DNA of 60,133 nucleotides from the IMG/VR virus record IMGVR_UViG_3300042453_003688, positions 1 to 60,133 of that record, one strand, 5' to 3'. This document shows positions 29,064-39,981 of this stretch, piece after piece. The stretch comes from a virus. Taxonomy: Duplodnaviria; Caudoviricetes. The translations under genes were made by a program, and so were the position numbers. The notes under the pieces were generated by a model. That model was not told where the DNA came from and did not search any database. It saw nothing but the letters and a program-made list of their open reading frames with translations. Within the stretch, counting starts at the first letter, position 1. Every line of letters starts with the position of its first letter.

Positions 29064-31646
29064 ATGGCATCACCTCTCGACAGACTTCAATCCCAGTTCC
29101 AGCTTGGTGGGCAGACAGTAAGCTCCAGTGCTGAAGAGCTACAAGGCCTATCTGCTAAGGCAGGTAGACAGGCTCCTCCTACGCAGCCTCTTGAAACTGC
29201 TGTCCTTGGTGGTACGCCCAGTCAAGCTAAGATGGCTGGCAGCAGTGCTAACTTGGGTCTGGCTCAACGCCTATCCCTCACCCCTCAACAAGAATTACCA
29301 GGGTACCTCCGTCAATTACAAGCCTCCCGTCCTCTCCTTGAACAAGAGCAGGAGAGAATTACTCGCGCTAAGAGTATGGGGCAACTCAATAGCCTTGAGG
29401 AGCGCGTACAGGCTGCAGCCGTTAAGCAGTTACAAACGGCACCAACTACCTCTGCCGTACTTAAGGTGGCTGACGATAAGTTACCTAATACCCTCACGCC
29501 TGAAAATAAGGCCAAGGCTACCGAGCTTCTTAGTCTCATTGGTCAGGGCAAGGATGAGGATGACAGTGGTAACGATGTCTACGCTCAGCTTATTCCCTTG
29601 CTTGGCTACGGCACCTCTGCTGATGTTTCCATAAATGATATCAAAGCTGACATTAAAGATAAGTATCTGACGAACGCTGAGACTGAGATGGCTAAGGCCG
29701 CTGCCAGCGGTATGCCTGACCAACTTCTAGTTTCCCAATTAGCCCCAGAAGACCTTGGCTTTACAAACTGGGGCGAAGTAGCGGCTCTTCTCAAACTTCC
29801 TCCAGAGACTGACCTAGGCTCTCTTACCATACAGCAACTTACTGACCAGGTGCAGAAGGTGCAGGCCGAGGAGTATTCCCGCACCAGCGCACTCCTTCGC
29901 ATAGTTAATGACCCTAACGTAGGTGCTGCCGAGAAAGAGGCCGCACGTAGACAACTGGAACAACTGGGTGCCACTGGCGTAATGGCCGCAGAGGCTGACG
30001 TTAGTAACCTTGCCGCTCAAGTAGACGACATCAATACTGTCACCATTGCTGGCAAGGACTACACTGTTAGTGAGCTGCTGTCAGACAAGGGTGTGGCTTC
30101 TATTGTTAATGACTACTTGAAGAATCCAGATAGGGCTGCCCTCATAAGAGAGGCCTCCCCACAATTGGCAACCTGGATAGACAGTAATAAGACTGCTCTC
30201 GAAAACATTGTTGGCAAGATTGACCCGGGATTTCAGGCTGTAGCAACTACGATTGAGAACAATGCCAAGCTGCAGACCCCTGCTACTGGCGGCGAACGTC
30301 TTAATGACAATGTTATGCAGACTCTCTTTGGGCAGAACTGGAAGTCGTCTACTACGTCGCTAACTCCCCCGGCTATCTATTCAGCCCTTAGTCCCACGAA
30401 CACCACAGTATCCAATCAGGTTAAGTTGGACCTTACTCGTCTTCTTAATACAATGTCAGACAGGCCGAACGATATTACCTACCTAGCCGGACTCTCTGAA
30501 GCTGAGTTAGAAGAAAAGGGCCTTTTGGACCCGGCTGGCATTGCTCGCTACTCGTCCTACATACAGTCTTCTGAGCAGCTGGCTGGCGCTCTGGGGGACG
30601 GTGCTTCAGTCTCAGGCATAGTTGCATCTGTCTTCGGCGACAAGATAAGTACGTCAGGATTTAATGAGCTACTAGAGCAAGTCAGAATTATCAATGATAC
30701 TAATCTGGTATCCGACCTCACCCCGCAGGAGCTAGAAGTTCTCAAGATTTTCGATGCTGACGGTGACGGAAAGATGGATAGTATTTCTGAGATACACTCC
30801 CGTGCCCAGGATATGTTCAGCGGTAAATCTTTGCAGGACCTGGTGGGCGGAGCTAACGACATCAAGAGTGGGGCAGATTTGCTCTCCTCTCTGCAGGGCA
30901 AAATAATCGCCGCCCAGTCTGACCCGACATACATTAAGTTTAAAGACATACTGTCTGACGGTAAGATTGGGAGTGATGAAATTACACAACTTGAACAGAG
31001 TAATGCCTCTATTGAAGACCTGCAGTTAATGATTGATAAAGGGGTCCCAGGCTCAGCTGCAGTTAAATCTCTTGTTGATAAAAAGATATCTTCTGAAACT
31101 GATTCTATATTAAAAAATATCTCATCAAATCTTAGTAACTATTATAGAGGCAAGCAAGTCAGCGATGAGGATGTTATGTCCGGTATCCAGCTTCTATATA
31201 AAGCTATTGACGAAGATACTATCCCGGCAACCAATCAGGCAGTTAGAGATGGCATTAAAGCCAGGCTTAATGAATTAGTAGATAAAAAGCTGGATGAAAT
31301 TTCTACTCGTAAAACTAATGAAAAGACATCTAGTACAGCCCCTCTTAAAGTGCAACTTGATAGAGTATCGGTTAAAGTTGATACTGCTAAGGCCGAGTCA
31401 GACGCAGCCGCTACTGCCTACAGGGCTAAAACTACAACATATGGAAGTCAATCTGGGCCACGTCCGGGAGTAACAAGGGATGAGTGGCTTAAGGCTAAAA
31501 GTTATGCAGATAAAACGCTCGCAACATATAACAGCTTGAATGCTCAAAAAAATTCTATTTCATCAAAAATCACTGAAAAAGAAAAAGAAGTAGAAAATAG
31601 ATATAGTTCCACAGAAACCAGTTTGCGTGGATATAAAGTACAATAA
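29064..31646 (+). CDS. Internal virion / ejection protein
   Basis: ORF 29028-31646, likely ATG 29064; helical; EF-hand-like DADGDGKMDSISE. Confidence 0.6.
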   Translation: MASPLDRLQSQFQLGGQTVSSSAEELQGLSAKAGRQAPPTQPLETAVLGGTPSQAKMAGSSANLGLAQRLSLTPQQELPGYLRQLQASRPLLEQEQERITRAKSMGQLNSLEERVQAAAVKQLQTAPTTSAVLKVADDKLPNTLTPENKAKATELLSLIGQGKDEDDSGNDVYAQLIPLLGYGTSADVSINDIKADIKDKYLTNAETEMAKAAASGMPDQLLVSQLAPEDLGFTNWGEVAALLKLPPETDLGSLTIQQLTDQVQKVQAEEYSRTSALLRIVNDPNVGAAEKEAARRQLEQLGATGVMAAEADVSNLAAQVDDINTVTIAGKDYTVSELLSDKGVASIVNDYLKNPDRAALIREASPQLATWIDSNKTALENIVGKIDPGFQAVATTIENNAKLQTPATGGERLNDNVMQTLFGQNWKSSTTSLTPPAIYSALSPTNTTVSNQVKLDLTRLLNTMSDRPNDITYLAGLSEAELEEKGLLDPAGIARYSSYIQSSEQLAGALGDGASVSGIVASVFGDKISTSGFNELLEQVRIINDTNLVSDLTPQELEVLKIFDADGDGKMDSISEIHSRAQDMFSGKSLQDLVGGANDIKSGADLLSSLQGKIIAAQSDPTYIKFKDILSDGKIGSDEITQLEQSNASIEDLQLMIDKGVPGSAAVKSLVDKKISSETDSILKNISSNLSNYYRGKQVSDEDVMSGIQLLYKAIDEDTIPATNQAVRDGIKARLNELVDKKLDEISTRKTNEKTSSTAPLKVQLDRVSVKVDTAKAESDAAATAYRAKTTTYGSQSGPRPGVTRDEWLKAKSYADKTLATYNSLNAQKNSISSKITEKEKEVENRYSSTETSLRGYKVQ

Positions 31647-31647
31647 C

Positions 31648-32367
31648 ATGGCTACTCTCCTCGAACAACTCCGGCAACAAGGCCCTACTGGCATGCAGAC
31701 TGAGCAGGCGCAGAATCTTCTTTCTGCCCGTTCAGGTAAGGCTACCGCTCCGGGTGCCGCTCCCCGCGCTACTAACATTCAGGAACAAGTACAGGACCAG
31801 CTTACCCGTGGTCAATTATCTGAAGTAGCCCAGCAAGCGAGCCTACAGTCTCGGCAGCAGGGACAGGAGCAGAGGGCAGTTGAGCAGCAGTTTGCACAGC
31901 AGACAGCCCAACTTAATGAGCAGGACATTGCCTCGCAAGAAACGTACCAGCGTCAGGTAGAAGCTGCCCTGAAAGATTACCAACGTAATATCAAGCAACT
32001 TGACGTAGCTAAACAGGGAGCCAAGGTGGAACAACTAGGCTTCCAGCTCAGGCTCTCCAATCAGAATTACCTTATGCAGCTGAAAAATGCTGCAGCCCGT
32101 GATAGAATTACAAGTGCTGTAGGTTTTCAGGAAGCCTTGCAGCGCACGGTATTTGCTGACGAAATTGACCTGATGTCCTCTGACCTTGATTTCCGTATGC
32201 TCCTTAAAGCCGATGATGCCCAGTTCAATAAGATGCTTGCCCAAATTGACATTGATACAGCCCTTGAAATAGCTAAGGCGCAGGCTAAGGACGCAGCAGC
32301 CCAGCAGACAGTCAGTGGAATTAATCAACTCATACAAGCCGGTGCTAGTTACGCTAGTAAGACATAA
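31648..32367 (+). CDS. Gln-rich internal virion protein
   Basis: Coiled-coil, Gln/Ala-rich; likely ATG 31648. Confidence 0.6.
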   Translation: MATLLEQLRQQGPTGMQTEQAQNLLSARSGKATAPGAAPRATNIQEQVQDQLTRGQLSEVAQQASLQSRQQGQEQRAVEQQFAQQTAQLNEQDIASQETYQRQVEAALKDYQRNIKQLDVAKQGAKVEQLGFQLRLSNQNYLMQLKNAAARDRITSAVGFQEALQRTVFADEIDLMSSDLDFRMLLKADDAQFNKMLAQIDIDTALEIAKAQAKDAAAQQTVSGINQLIQAGASYASKT

Positions 32368-33215
32368 TGAACACTCGCATTAACCAACTTAATAAGTTAG
32401 CTGGCAGCATTCCTGTAGTGAATAATAATATCGCGCAGGGTATGCAGGCAGCCAGGACTACTCAGCTGCAGCAAGCTATAGCTAGTATGGCCCCGCAGCA
32501 AGCAGGCACTACACAGGCTGCACAGCAGCTGGGTGCTCAGCAGGCTCAAATGTCCGGTGCCATCCAGGTACAGACTGCTCAGAAGAATAGTCAGCAACTG
32601 GCTCAAGTGGGGCAGATGGCTCTGCAAGAAGACAGGATGCAGAAGAATCAGGAACTGTTTACTAGACAGCAGGCTCTGACCCAGCGCAACCGCGCCCTTA
32701 CTAATCAGCTAGCACAGCTGGACAGCAATCTTAAAGACAATCTCCTCGACCAGCAACTCTCCTTTAAGCAGGATGAATTCGGTAGGACTATCTGGAATGA
32801 AAGACAGCTGGCAGACTTTGCTGTACTGCAAGCCAAGACACAGGCTGACCTGGACAAATTTGAACAGACAATCAGCCAGCAATCTCAGCGTAGACTTCAG
32901 ATATTACAGACAGTGCAGGCTAAACTGAAGCAGGCCCTGGAACAGAATTACATGAGAGAGGGTCAGGAGTTGGACCAGCAGACCCGTCTCTACATTGCCA
33001 ACCTCAAGAAGCAAGCCGCTGAAAAAGAAAGAAGAGAAAGAGCTAAAAGAGCCAACCGGGGCGCTATGATACAAGGTGCCTTTACTATTATTGGCGCAGG
33101 AGCCGGGGCTTACTTGGGGATGGGTACTCCCATAGGAGCAGCTGCTGGCGCGGCTATCGGCTCTCAAGTAGGCAGTGGACTTGGCCAAGTAGTCCAGGGT
33201 ACAGAAGGAGCATAG
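32367..33215 (+). CDS. Ejection/pilot protein with glycine-zipper tail
   Basis: Gln-rich coiled coil then GAGAGAYLG..GAAAGAAIG. Confidence 0.65.
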   Translation: MNTRINQLNKLAGSIPVVNNNIAQGMQAARTTQLQQAIASMAPQQAGTTQAAQQLGAQQAQMSGAIQVQTAQKNSQQLAQVGQMALQEDRMQKNQELFTRQQALTQRNRALTNQLAQLDSNLKDNLLDQQLSFKQDEFGRTIWNERQLADFAVLQAKTQADLDKFEQTISQQSQRRLQILQTVQAKLKQALEQNYMREGQELDQQTRLYIANLKKQAAEKERRERAKRANRGAMIQGAFTIIGAGAGAYLGMGTPIGAAAGAAIGSQVGSGLGQVVQGTEGA

Positions 33216-33225
33216 GAAAAAGAAA

Positions 33226-34398
33226 ATGGCTATTAATATTACACCTGAACTGCAGGCTGAAGCTGACGAAAAAGGTATTTCAGTTGAAGAGCTGCTTGAG
33301 CAAAAAAAGCAAGCAGAGCAAGCATCTTCTTTAGGTAGATTGCAGACAAAGGCTAAAGAGGAAATGGAAACCCCTGAAGTAGTGAGGGCTGTAGAGTCTG
33401 CACAATTCAGGCCTACTCCAACAGGCACCACACCGATGGCCCCGACTCCCACAGGCCGCATGGAAGACGTATCTTCTTTGCCCGGGCGTATACAAAACCT
33501 CCAAAAACAAGTAGCCGGCGGTGCGCAGACAGAACAAAAGTCTGATGCTATTGAAGCAACTGCAGCCCCTCTTAGTAGCTCTCTCGAAGAAAGCAGTAGT
33601 AAAGAAGCTAGCGTATTCAAAAGTAAACTGGATGAACTGAGAGCTCAAAAAGCAGAAGCACTTAAAGAATACCAGGAAAATAAGAACCGTGTAGCTAACG
33701 CCGAACTTATTGATGCTATTGGTAAGGGAGTGGCCCAGCTGGCCGCCGGTTGGTTCGGTATGAATACCGGCAGAGACGCAGTGTCCGGTGTGGACTTCAG
33801 GCCCAAGGATTGGTCTAGCAACTATCTCCTTGCTGACCGGGAATACCGCACTAAACTAGGCAGTATCGAGGAAGAAATTAAAGATATCCGCGGTGAAGAA
33901 AGAGAACTCGGAAGAGAAGAAAGGGCTGAAAAGGCCTACGAACGCCGCGTAGAAGCTGCAACTAAACGAGAAGAGACTGCACGCACTAGGGCTGAAGAAA
34001 AGCAGGAACAGGCCAGACAGAAAGAAGCCAAGAGAAAAGAAGAAGAACGAACTGAAGACCAGCAGAAAGCTATTACCAAACTCAGGCAGGCTATCGAAGG
34101 TCTTAAATCTAGTTCCAATAAAAAGAATATACAGGCAACTAAAGAGGCAATGGTCGCTGCAGGTATGTCGTCTGAGCAGATTGAGCAAGCATTTGATGTC
34201 GCTGAAAAGGGCATTAATGACTACTCCCGTCTGGAACAATTCATACCACAAGTCCAGCAGCCGAGTGCTCCGGAAAAGCCAGCAGCCGCTGCTCCAGCAG
34301 GCGGACCAGCACCAGGTACCATTATTGAGCGGAATGGTAAATGGCGGTTCAAGGGCGGAGACCCCACACAGCCCGCTAGCTGGGAACGCGTGCAGTAA
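33226..34398 (+). CDS. Internal virion protein
   Basis: 390 aa charged coiled coil; C-terminal WRFKGGDP...SWE motif. Confidence 0.6.
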   Translation: MAINITPELQAEADEKGISVEELLEQKKQAEQASSLGRLQTKAKEEMETPEVVRAVESAQFRPTPTGTTPMAPTPTGRMEDVSSLPGRIQNLQKQVAGGAQTEQKSDAIEATAAPLSSSLEESSSKEASVFKSKLDELRAQKAEALKEYQENKNRVANAELIDAIGKGVAQLAAGWFGMNTGRDAVSGVDFRPKDWSSNYLLADREYRTKLGSIEEEIKDIRGEERELGREERAEKAYERRVEAATKREETARTRAEEKQEQARQKEAKRKEEERTEDQQKAITKLRQAIEGLKSSSNKKNIQATKEAMVAAGMSSEQIEQAFDVAEKGINDYSRLEQFIPQVQQPSAPEKPAAAAPAGGPAPGTIIERNGKWRFKGGDPTQPASWERVQ

Positions 34399-35048
34399 TG
34401 TCAGGTCCCTGGGAACTCTATAGACAGAATCAGAAACCTCAGTTTGCTCCAACTTTGAGCGGACAGGCAATTCAGCCAGACCCTGAGGTAGATAGATTCT
34501 TTTACGGCGTCGCTGCCGTAGAGACCGGTGGTACTAAAAATCCATATGAGGCTGAGAATCCTAATAGTAGTGCCGTTGGTAAGTACCAGTTTCTCTGGAA
34601 CCAGTGGGGCGATGCTATCAGTAAGTTTGCCGGAGAGCCGGTAACTAAGGAGCAGTTCAAGAAGAATCCTGAGCTGCAGGAAAGATTTGCCAGACACTAC
34701 TACCATAATGTTTTGAAGCCGGAAGCTACACAGCTTATGGCTGCAAGTAAACAGGCCCCCACACAACGGGGCGTATCCAAAATAGCTGACGCCAAACTAC
34801 TCATTCACTTTCTGGGCTTTCCTGGCGCTAAGGATTATGCGACTACGGGTAAAATGGCCGAAAAGGCCGCTGCCATAAATAAGACACCAGATGAGTACCT
34901 TAAGAAAGTAAAAGATAACTGGGCTAATTTCGACGCATCCAAGGTGTACCTCGTTAACGTAAATGGTATGTTTTTTAAGGTACCGGCAAAGAATCTTAGA
35001 AAGTTGCTAAAAGACCAACCTACTGCTAAAATAATATCAGAAGCATAG
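34398..35048 (+). CDS. Virion-associated lysozyme-fold / transglycosylase protein
   Basis: AAVETGG...NPNSSAVGKYQF...W motif. Confidence 0.72.
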   Translation: MSGPWELYRQNQKPQFAPTLSGQAIQPDPEVDRFFYGVAAVETGGTKNPYEAENPNSSAVGKYQFLWNQWGDAISKFAGEPVTKEQFKKNPELQERFARHYYHNVLKPEATQLMAASKQAPTQRGVSKIADAKLLIHFLGFPGAKDYATTGKMAEKAAAINKTPDEYLKKVKDNWANFDASKVYLVNVNGMFFKVPAKNLRKLLKDQPTAKIISEA

Positions 35049-35053
35049 GAAGT

Positions 35054-38000
35054 ATGGCAAAAGACTTTGACCCAACTGAATATGGTGCCATTCCGGTAGA
35101 CACCTCTTCTACCAATCAAGAGGAGGGTCCTTGGTCTCTTTATGCCAAGCCTAGTCAACCACCAACTGCCGCTGCCACCGCAGGCGATGACGGTCCCTGG
35201 AATGCTTACAAGGTAGCTAAACCTGCTAAAGAGGGCCAGGTTGGTGATGATGATTTGCAGAGTATAGCTTCCCGTCGGGGCATATCTGTAGACATTCTTA
35301 AGAATGCACTCCCTTATTTCACTGGTTTTACAGGCCCGGAAACCCCGCAGGCAGCTATCCCTCAGAAGCTGGCTGGTGAGGTGGGTAAAGCCCTGGCATT
35401 TGAACTCCCACAGAAACTGTACGTACTCTCTCAAAGCAGTCCAAAGGTGCAAGCAGCACTGGATGACCTCCGTGAACTTATTGAAGACCGAAAGACTACC
35501 ACCCAGGTCGCAGCAGAAATTGCTACAAGCATTATTCCTGCCGTGGGTATAGGTGTACTGACCGGCGGTGCCTCTCTTGCAGCCCCGATTGGTAGGGCTA
35601 TTCTACCGCAGGTAGCAAAAGAAACAGGTAAGAGGGCCGTAGCCAGGGCAGCAATTACTGGCGGCATTGAAGGTGCAGCAGGCGGTGCCCTTCTTGGTGT
35701 GGGCAGGTCTCGCACGGGAGAGGAACTACAAGGTGCTGCCGAAGGTACGCTGTTTCCTGGCGTCATTGGTGCAGGCGCTGCTGGTGCATTCCGTGCGGCT
35801 CAGGCATTCCGCAAAGTATCCCCTAAGATAGCACAGGAACTTGAAGACGGCCTCAAGACCCTGGACGCCGAAGCCGACCTGTCAGGCAAAATTGAACAGA
35901 GACTAGCTACTACTAAGCAAGCAGATGATGACTTTGTATCCTTCATAAAAGATGAAGAAGGTATCGGCAGTCTCATAGACGATTTGAAATCTGTTAGAAA
36001 ACAAATTAAAGAAGTTCGTTTAGAGGGCGGCGATGTTGCTCCCCTTATGTCAGCACAAAAAGAGCTGCTAGGTAAGGCTGCCAAAGTAAGAGAATTTGGT
36101 GAGTTTGTTACCGGTAAATCAGGTATCAGCCTCAATAGTGCAGTGGATGAAGTAAGCAAACAGGCTGCCATTTTCGGGGACGAGATTGGCAGTACCTACG
36201 CTACCTTTAGACGGGCTCAGACACTACCAGAAGAGCTCGGTAGATTAGCCACAGAAGGCAGTAGTAAACTTAGTAAGCAGGCCCAGCGTACCCTTGACCT
36301 CACTGTTTCAGGCCGCTACGCAGCCGCTGATATTGACCGCTCCCTCAAGACAGATGCAGTACGCATCCTGGATGACTTTGCTACGGCAGATACTGCCTTT
36401 AAGATTACTACGGCCACAGTTAAAACATCCCTTAATAGAATAATAAAAGAGGCTAACAAAGCAGGCATAGCTCCTGACCAGATAACCAGCGTACTCAGGA
36501 AGGCCACAACTCCTGAAGAGATACGAGCACTCATTCCGGAAAAAGAAAAGGCTGACGTCGTTGTTAGGATGCGGGAATTCTTTGACAGCATCAGAGAAGA
36601 CGTAGCTTCTACACGAACAGATAGAACAGCAGTTAAGATGGGCTTTCTTGAAACTTATGCCCCGCAGAAACTCGCTGATGATGCTACTGTAATATCCAAG
36701 ATAGATGCCCTTACAAGAGACGTTGAGAAGCAGTTCTCCACTAAAGTAGGCAATCCTAGTACCGAAGCTAAGCAGACTATGGGTGCCCTTATTAAAGAGT
36801 ACCAAGAGGAAATACGCCCTCTAATGATATTCTCTAAAAAGGCTATTGACCCCACCGAACAGAAGGTTATTGATAACTTCCAGGCTAGGGCTGGTTCCTT
36901 CGGCACTCTTCTACACGCCATTGATTACCTCAGTCAGGGCGACTTACTCGGCAAGGCTGTTGGTAAGGGTAAGGAGGTAGACATTGAAGACATTCTTAGG
37001 TTTACCCGTAGTCTGGATAACGCTGACTTCCTGGGTGCCCGCACAGAGAAGATTGCAGGCAGTGCCATGGAAAGACAGCTGCGTGCTCCTGAGATTATCC
37101 TAGAGAATAACGTATTCAAACTAGGACAGAAGTATGCCTACGACCTTTATAGAACAGCCTACTATAAGAAAACTGTAGACGGCCTCAAAGGTGTGCAGGA
37201 AGTGGCTCGCCGGGCAGGTGATGCTAGGTCAGAAGCCTGGGTAACTAACGCCCTTAAGGACCTGGCAGGTGTTCGACCCGGCACTGGTCTTGCAAAATAT
37301 AAAGAGGTAACGCAGGCCGTACAGGTGTGGGCCCTGAAAAAGGCTAATGAGACTGTCCCCGGCAGTGTATCCCACAGTGCTCTGACTTACTTATCTGAGA
37401 GCCCAGAGATACTTTCTAATATGCTTAACAGTGTCTACCCCTACTACTTGGGTGGCAGTGTTCGTTCATTCGTTAATAACCTTGGCGGTGCTACGTTCAC
37501 CCTGGCTCCTGAAGTTGGGGTACAGTATTCAGCCAATGTATTCAAAGGGTATCTCCGTCTTGCTAAACTACTTAGCACTGGCGAGGAAATAACTCTCTCC
37601 CAGAGAACGGCAGATTACCTCAATAAGATGAACCCCAGGTCAGGTGCTGCTTACGCTGCAGGTGAAACTATTCTTACCAGGAATCCTTCCCTCTTCGTAA
37701 TGAATACCCTGGGAGGCAGTGGCTCTCTAGCAAATGAAGCCTTTACTACCCTTAATAAGGCACTGGATAAGAATGCCCTAGCTAGAACTACAACGTCCGC
37801 TATTAATAAGTGGACTGACCTGGCCATGTATTTCTTTGAGAAGTCTGAAAGTATCAACAGATTCGTGGCCTTAGATGTGGGCCAAGATATTGCCAGAGAC
37901 CTGATGGAAAAGAAACCCGGCGCTCTAGCACTGCTTGGTAAGATGGACCAGTCCTACCGTATTGCTGTCCGTAAGGCAGTAGACTCTAATAATACAGCTG

Positions 38001-38644
38001 AAGTCCAGCGTCTTACACAAAGATGGCTTGTGGCTAAGACAATGTTCGATTATAATAGACTCAACCAGGCAGAGGCTGCCCGCTTTATGGGGCCACTGTT
38101 CTCTACTTTCACTACATACCCTGCCAACGTGTGGGGAGATGCCGTGAATTCGCTAAGGGAACGTGGAGCGCTCAAAGGCGGTGCAGACCTCGTTGCGCGT
38201 AGGTTCCTGCCCCTGATTGCTGCCATGTCTATAGGTAGCTATTTCATACCTGAACCAGGCGAAAGCCAGATAGCTGATGTTATGTTCGGTAAGGAGAAAC
38301 TTGCTGGCATGACCCCGGCTGCTTCAGTTCTTTCAATGACTACACGTGGCATAACTCCTCCAGCGTTGCAGGTAGCAGGACAGGGCATCAAGGCCGCAGC
38401 TACAGCCGACCTCTACGAATTCTGGAGATTCTTTAATAGTGGTATGGCATTCATTCCGGGTGCCTCATTCATTAAGTTTATAGGGTCAGACCTCCCGACT
38501 GCCATTTACGGAAAGCCTGAGAGTAAGACTACCCTAGGCAGGGCTGTCGAGACATTCACGGGCGGCTCTATCCTGCTTGACGAAGATATTAAGCAGTTTA
38601 CTAAAGACTACAAAGAGATGCTGACTGACCCAGCAGGAGATTAG
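35054..38644 (+). CDS. Large internal virion (ejection) protein
   Basis: 1196 aa; GPW..Y repeats, Gly/Ala-rich segment, largest gene of the core module. Confidence 0.65.
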   Translation: MAKDFDPTEYGAIPVDTSSTNQEEGPWSLYAKPSQPPTAAATAGDDGPWNAYKVAKPAKEGQVGDDDLQSIASRRGISVDILKNALPYFTGFTGPETPQAAIPQKLAGEVGKALAFELPQKLYVLSQSSPKVQAALDDLRELIEDRKTTTQVAAEIATSIIPAVGIGVLTGGASLAAPIGRAILPQVAKETGKRAVARAAITGGIEGAAGGALLGVGRSRTGEELQGAAEGTLFPGVIGAGAAGAFRAAQAFRKVSPKIAQELEDGLKTLDAEADLSGKIEQRLATTKQADDDFVSFIKDEEGIGSLIDDLKSVRKQIKEVRLEGGDVAPLMSAQKELLGKAAKVREFGEFVTGKSGISLNSAVDEVSKQAAIFGDEIGSTYATFRRAQTLPEELGRLATEGSSKLSKQAQRTLDLTVSGRYAAADIDRSLKTDAVRILDDFATADTAFKITTATVKTSLNRIIKEANKAGIAPDQITSVLRKATTPEEIRALIPEKEKADVVVRMREFFDSIREDVASTRTDRTAVKMGFLETYAPQKLADDATVISKIDALTRDVEKQFSTKVGNPSTEAKQTMGALIKEYQEEIRPLMIFSKKAIDPTEQKVIDNFQARAGSFGTLLHAIDYLSQGDLLGKAVGKGKEVDIEDILRFTRSLDNADFLGARTEKIAGSAMERQLRAPEIILENNVFKLGQKYAYDLYRTAYYKKTVDGLKGVQEVARRAGDARSEAWVTNALKDLAGVRPGTGLAKYKEVTQAVQVWALKKANETVPGSVSHSALTYLSESPEILSNMLNSVYPYYLGGSVRSFVNNLGGATFTLAPEVGVQYSANVFKGYLRLAKLLSTGEEITLSQRTADYLNKMNPRSGAAYAAGETILTRNPSLFVMNTLGGSGSLANEAFTTLNKALDKNALARTTTSAINKWTDLAMYFFEKSESINRFVALDVGQDIARDLMEKKPGALALLGKMDQSYRIAVRKAVDSNNTAEVQRLTQRWLVAKTMFDYNRLNQAEAARFMGPLFSTFTTYPANVWGDAVNSLRERGALKGGADLVARRFLPLIAAMSIGSYFIPEPGESQIADVMFGKEKLAGMTPAASVLSMTTRGITPPALQVAGQGIKAAATADLYEFWRFFNSGMAFIPGASFIKFIGSDLPTAIYGKPESKTTLGRAVETFTGGSILLDEDIKQFTKDYKEMLTDPAGD

Positions 38645-38648
38645 TATC

Positions 38649-38837
38649 GTGTCAATACTTCACACAATAGGACTGACTACAGTACGCGTGCTGCTTAGCA
38701 TGCTCACTGCACTTCTAACTGAAACATTCCTCAGGGCCATCATTGTCGAGGCCCTTCAAATGCTTGTAGACCGCACCGAGAACGAGTGGGATAATCGCTT
38801 ATTGCAAAAGGCTAGAGAGGCCTGGGAGAAACGCTAA
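38649..38837 (+). CDS. Small hydrophobic protein (holin candidate)
   Basis: 62 aa, hydrophobic N-half, T.N.WD motif. Confidence 0.5.
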   Translation: MSILHTIGLTTVRVLLSMLTALLTETFLRAIIVEALQMLVDRTENEWDNRLLQKAREAWEKR

Positions 38838-38839
38838 CC

Positions 38840-39103
38840 ATGAATACTGAGTTCAAGAATAAGTTACTGCAGATATCGCAGAAGGACAGTGCGGCCCAGA
38901 AAGAGGGGCCGGAAGTCCGGAGAGCAAGTATTCGCCGCCTCCTACAGAAGATGCAGGAAGGCCCGGTACCTGATATGAATACTGATAGGGAAGTGGTTGA
39001 CGAGAAAGAGAATGCTATTCTTCGTCAGTTGGAGGGGCTGGAGGCTGAGGAGGAGTCTGCTGTCGTGAAGCCACGAAGGAAAGGTCTTCCCGCATCGCTC
39101 TAA
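38840..39103 (+). CDS. Hypothetical protein, last + strand gene
   Basis: 87 aa; overlaps convergent gene. Confidence 0.55.
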   Translation: MNTEFKNKLLQISQKDSAAQKEGPEVRRASIRRLLQKMQEGPVPDMNTDREVVDEKENAILRQLEGLEAEEESAVVKPRRKGLPASL

Positions 39104-39335
39104 CAATCTTGGCCAGGGATAGTAAGTTATTTTCTAATCTCACTATACGTTCCTGGTGTTCTTCCAAAACCTCAAGAAGTTTGTAGAATCGTTCGTCTAT
39201 AGTTTTCTCAGCAGCACTCTTGGGCTTATTTAGCCGGGTGGTCTGCTTTTTGTCTTTTTGCTCGTTGCGAGCGGACTTCAGGTAAACTACCTTCACTTCC
39301 GTCTCCTTTGGTGGTTGGTTGCTGCTGTCGTCCAA
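39015..39335 (-). CDS. Hypothetical coiled-coil protein
   Basis: 106 aa ORF. Confidence 0.55.
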   Translation of the reverse strand: MDDSSNQPPKETEVKVVYLKSARNEQKDKKQTTRLNKPKSAAEKTIDERFYKLLEVLEEHQERIVRLENNLLSLAKIVRAMREDLSFVASRQQTPPQPPAPPTDEE

Positions 39336-39489
39336 TTTCTTCCGCCAACTTCTTTGGGAACTCGGAGGCGATAAGTATCACTGCTTCTCTCGCCCCCTGG
39401 TAGTACACCACGTCATGCTGGGCCTTTCTTTCAAGGTCCACCAGCTTATCCAATATTTCATTACACAGTTTCGTCAACACGTCCTGCAT
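39226..39489 (-). CDS. Hypothetical protein
   Basis: Strong RBS (GGAGGGAG) before ATG. Confidence 0.6.
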   Translation of the reverse strand: MQDVLTKLCNEILDKLVDLERKAQHDVVYYQGAREAVILIASEFPKKLAEEIGRQQQPTTKGDGSEGSLPEVRSQRAKRQKADHPAK

Positions 39490-39504
39490 ATTTATTTCTC
39501 CCTC

Positions 39505-39909
39505 CTAGTCTATCATATAGATGCGCAAGAACCAATCGATACTTGACAGGTCCAGCTGCTTGTCTAGTTTAAGCTGAATAGAAAGTTCAGCAGTATCACC
39601 AGGTTCCACGATTCTTGGGTGCCCAACGACACCGTATTTGTGTAGTGTGGGATTGCACTCAATAATGGCCTGGAACTTTTGGGGGCTAATAGTGCCTGCC
39701 TCGATGCTAACCCTTTTATTAGCGGGGATAACTTCGCCCTCTAACGTGTCGCCAGCGTTGTCTCCGGACTGGGATATTACCTTAACGCCTTTGCCAATCT
39801 GGATACCCAAGGCTGACTTAGTGTTAGTAATTTCTACCCAGGGTGGTACGTCCATCTTCAGGTAGTTACTCTTACGGCTTGATAGATTGAGCTTAACGAG
39901 AGCTGACAT
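39505..39909 (-). CDS. dUTPase-fold-like protein, degenerate
   Basis: IPANKRVSI...AIIE.NPTL.KYG....RIVEPGD..EL resembles trimeric dUTPase spacing but lacks RSG/GVID. Confidence 0.45.
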   Translation of the reverse strand: MSALVKLNLSSRKSNYLKMDVPPWVEITNTKSALGIQIGKGVKVISQSGDNAGDTLEGEVIPANKRVSIEAGTISPQKFQAIIECNPTLHKYGVVGHPRIVEPGDTAELSIQLKLDKQLDLSSIDWFLRIYMID

Positions 39910-39981
39910 TGCATGAACCTCTTAGGTGTTGGCCCCTGCCCAGCCACTGGGACTGGACAGGAGTTTAAGGGGGTATAGAGA

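Noticed and set aside
9186-37857. Many long antisense ORFs in the structural arm
   Set aside because: Shadow frames of well-supported + strand genes, with no motifs or RBS noted
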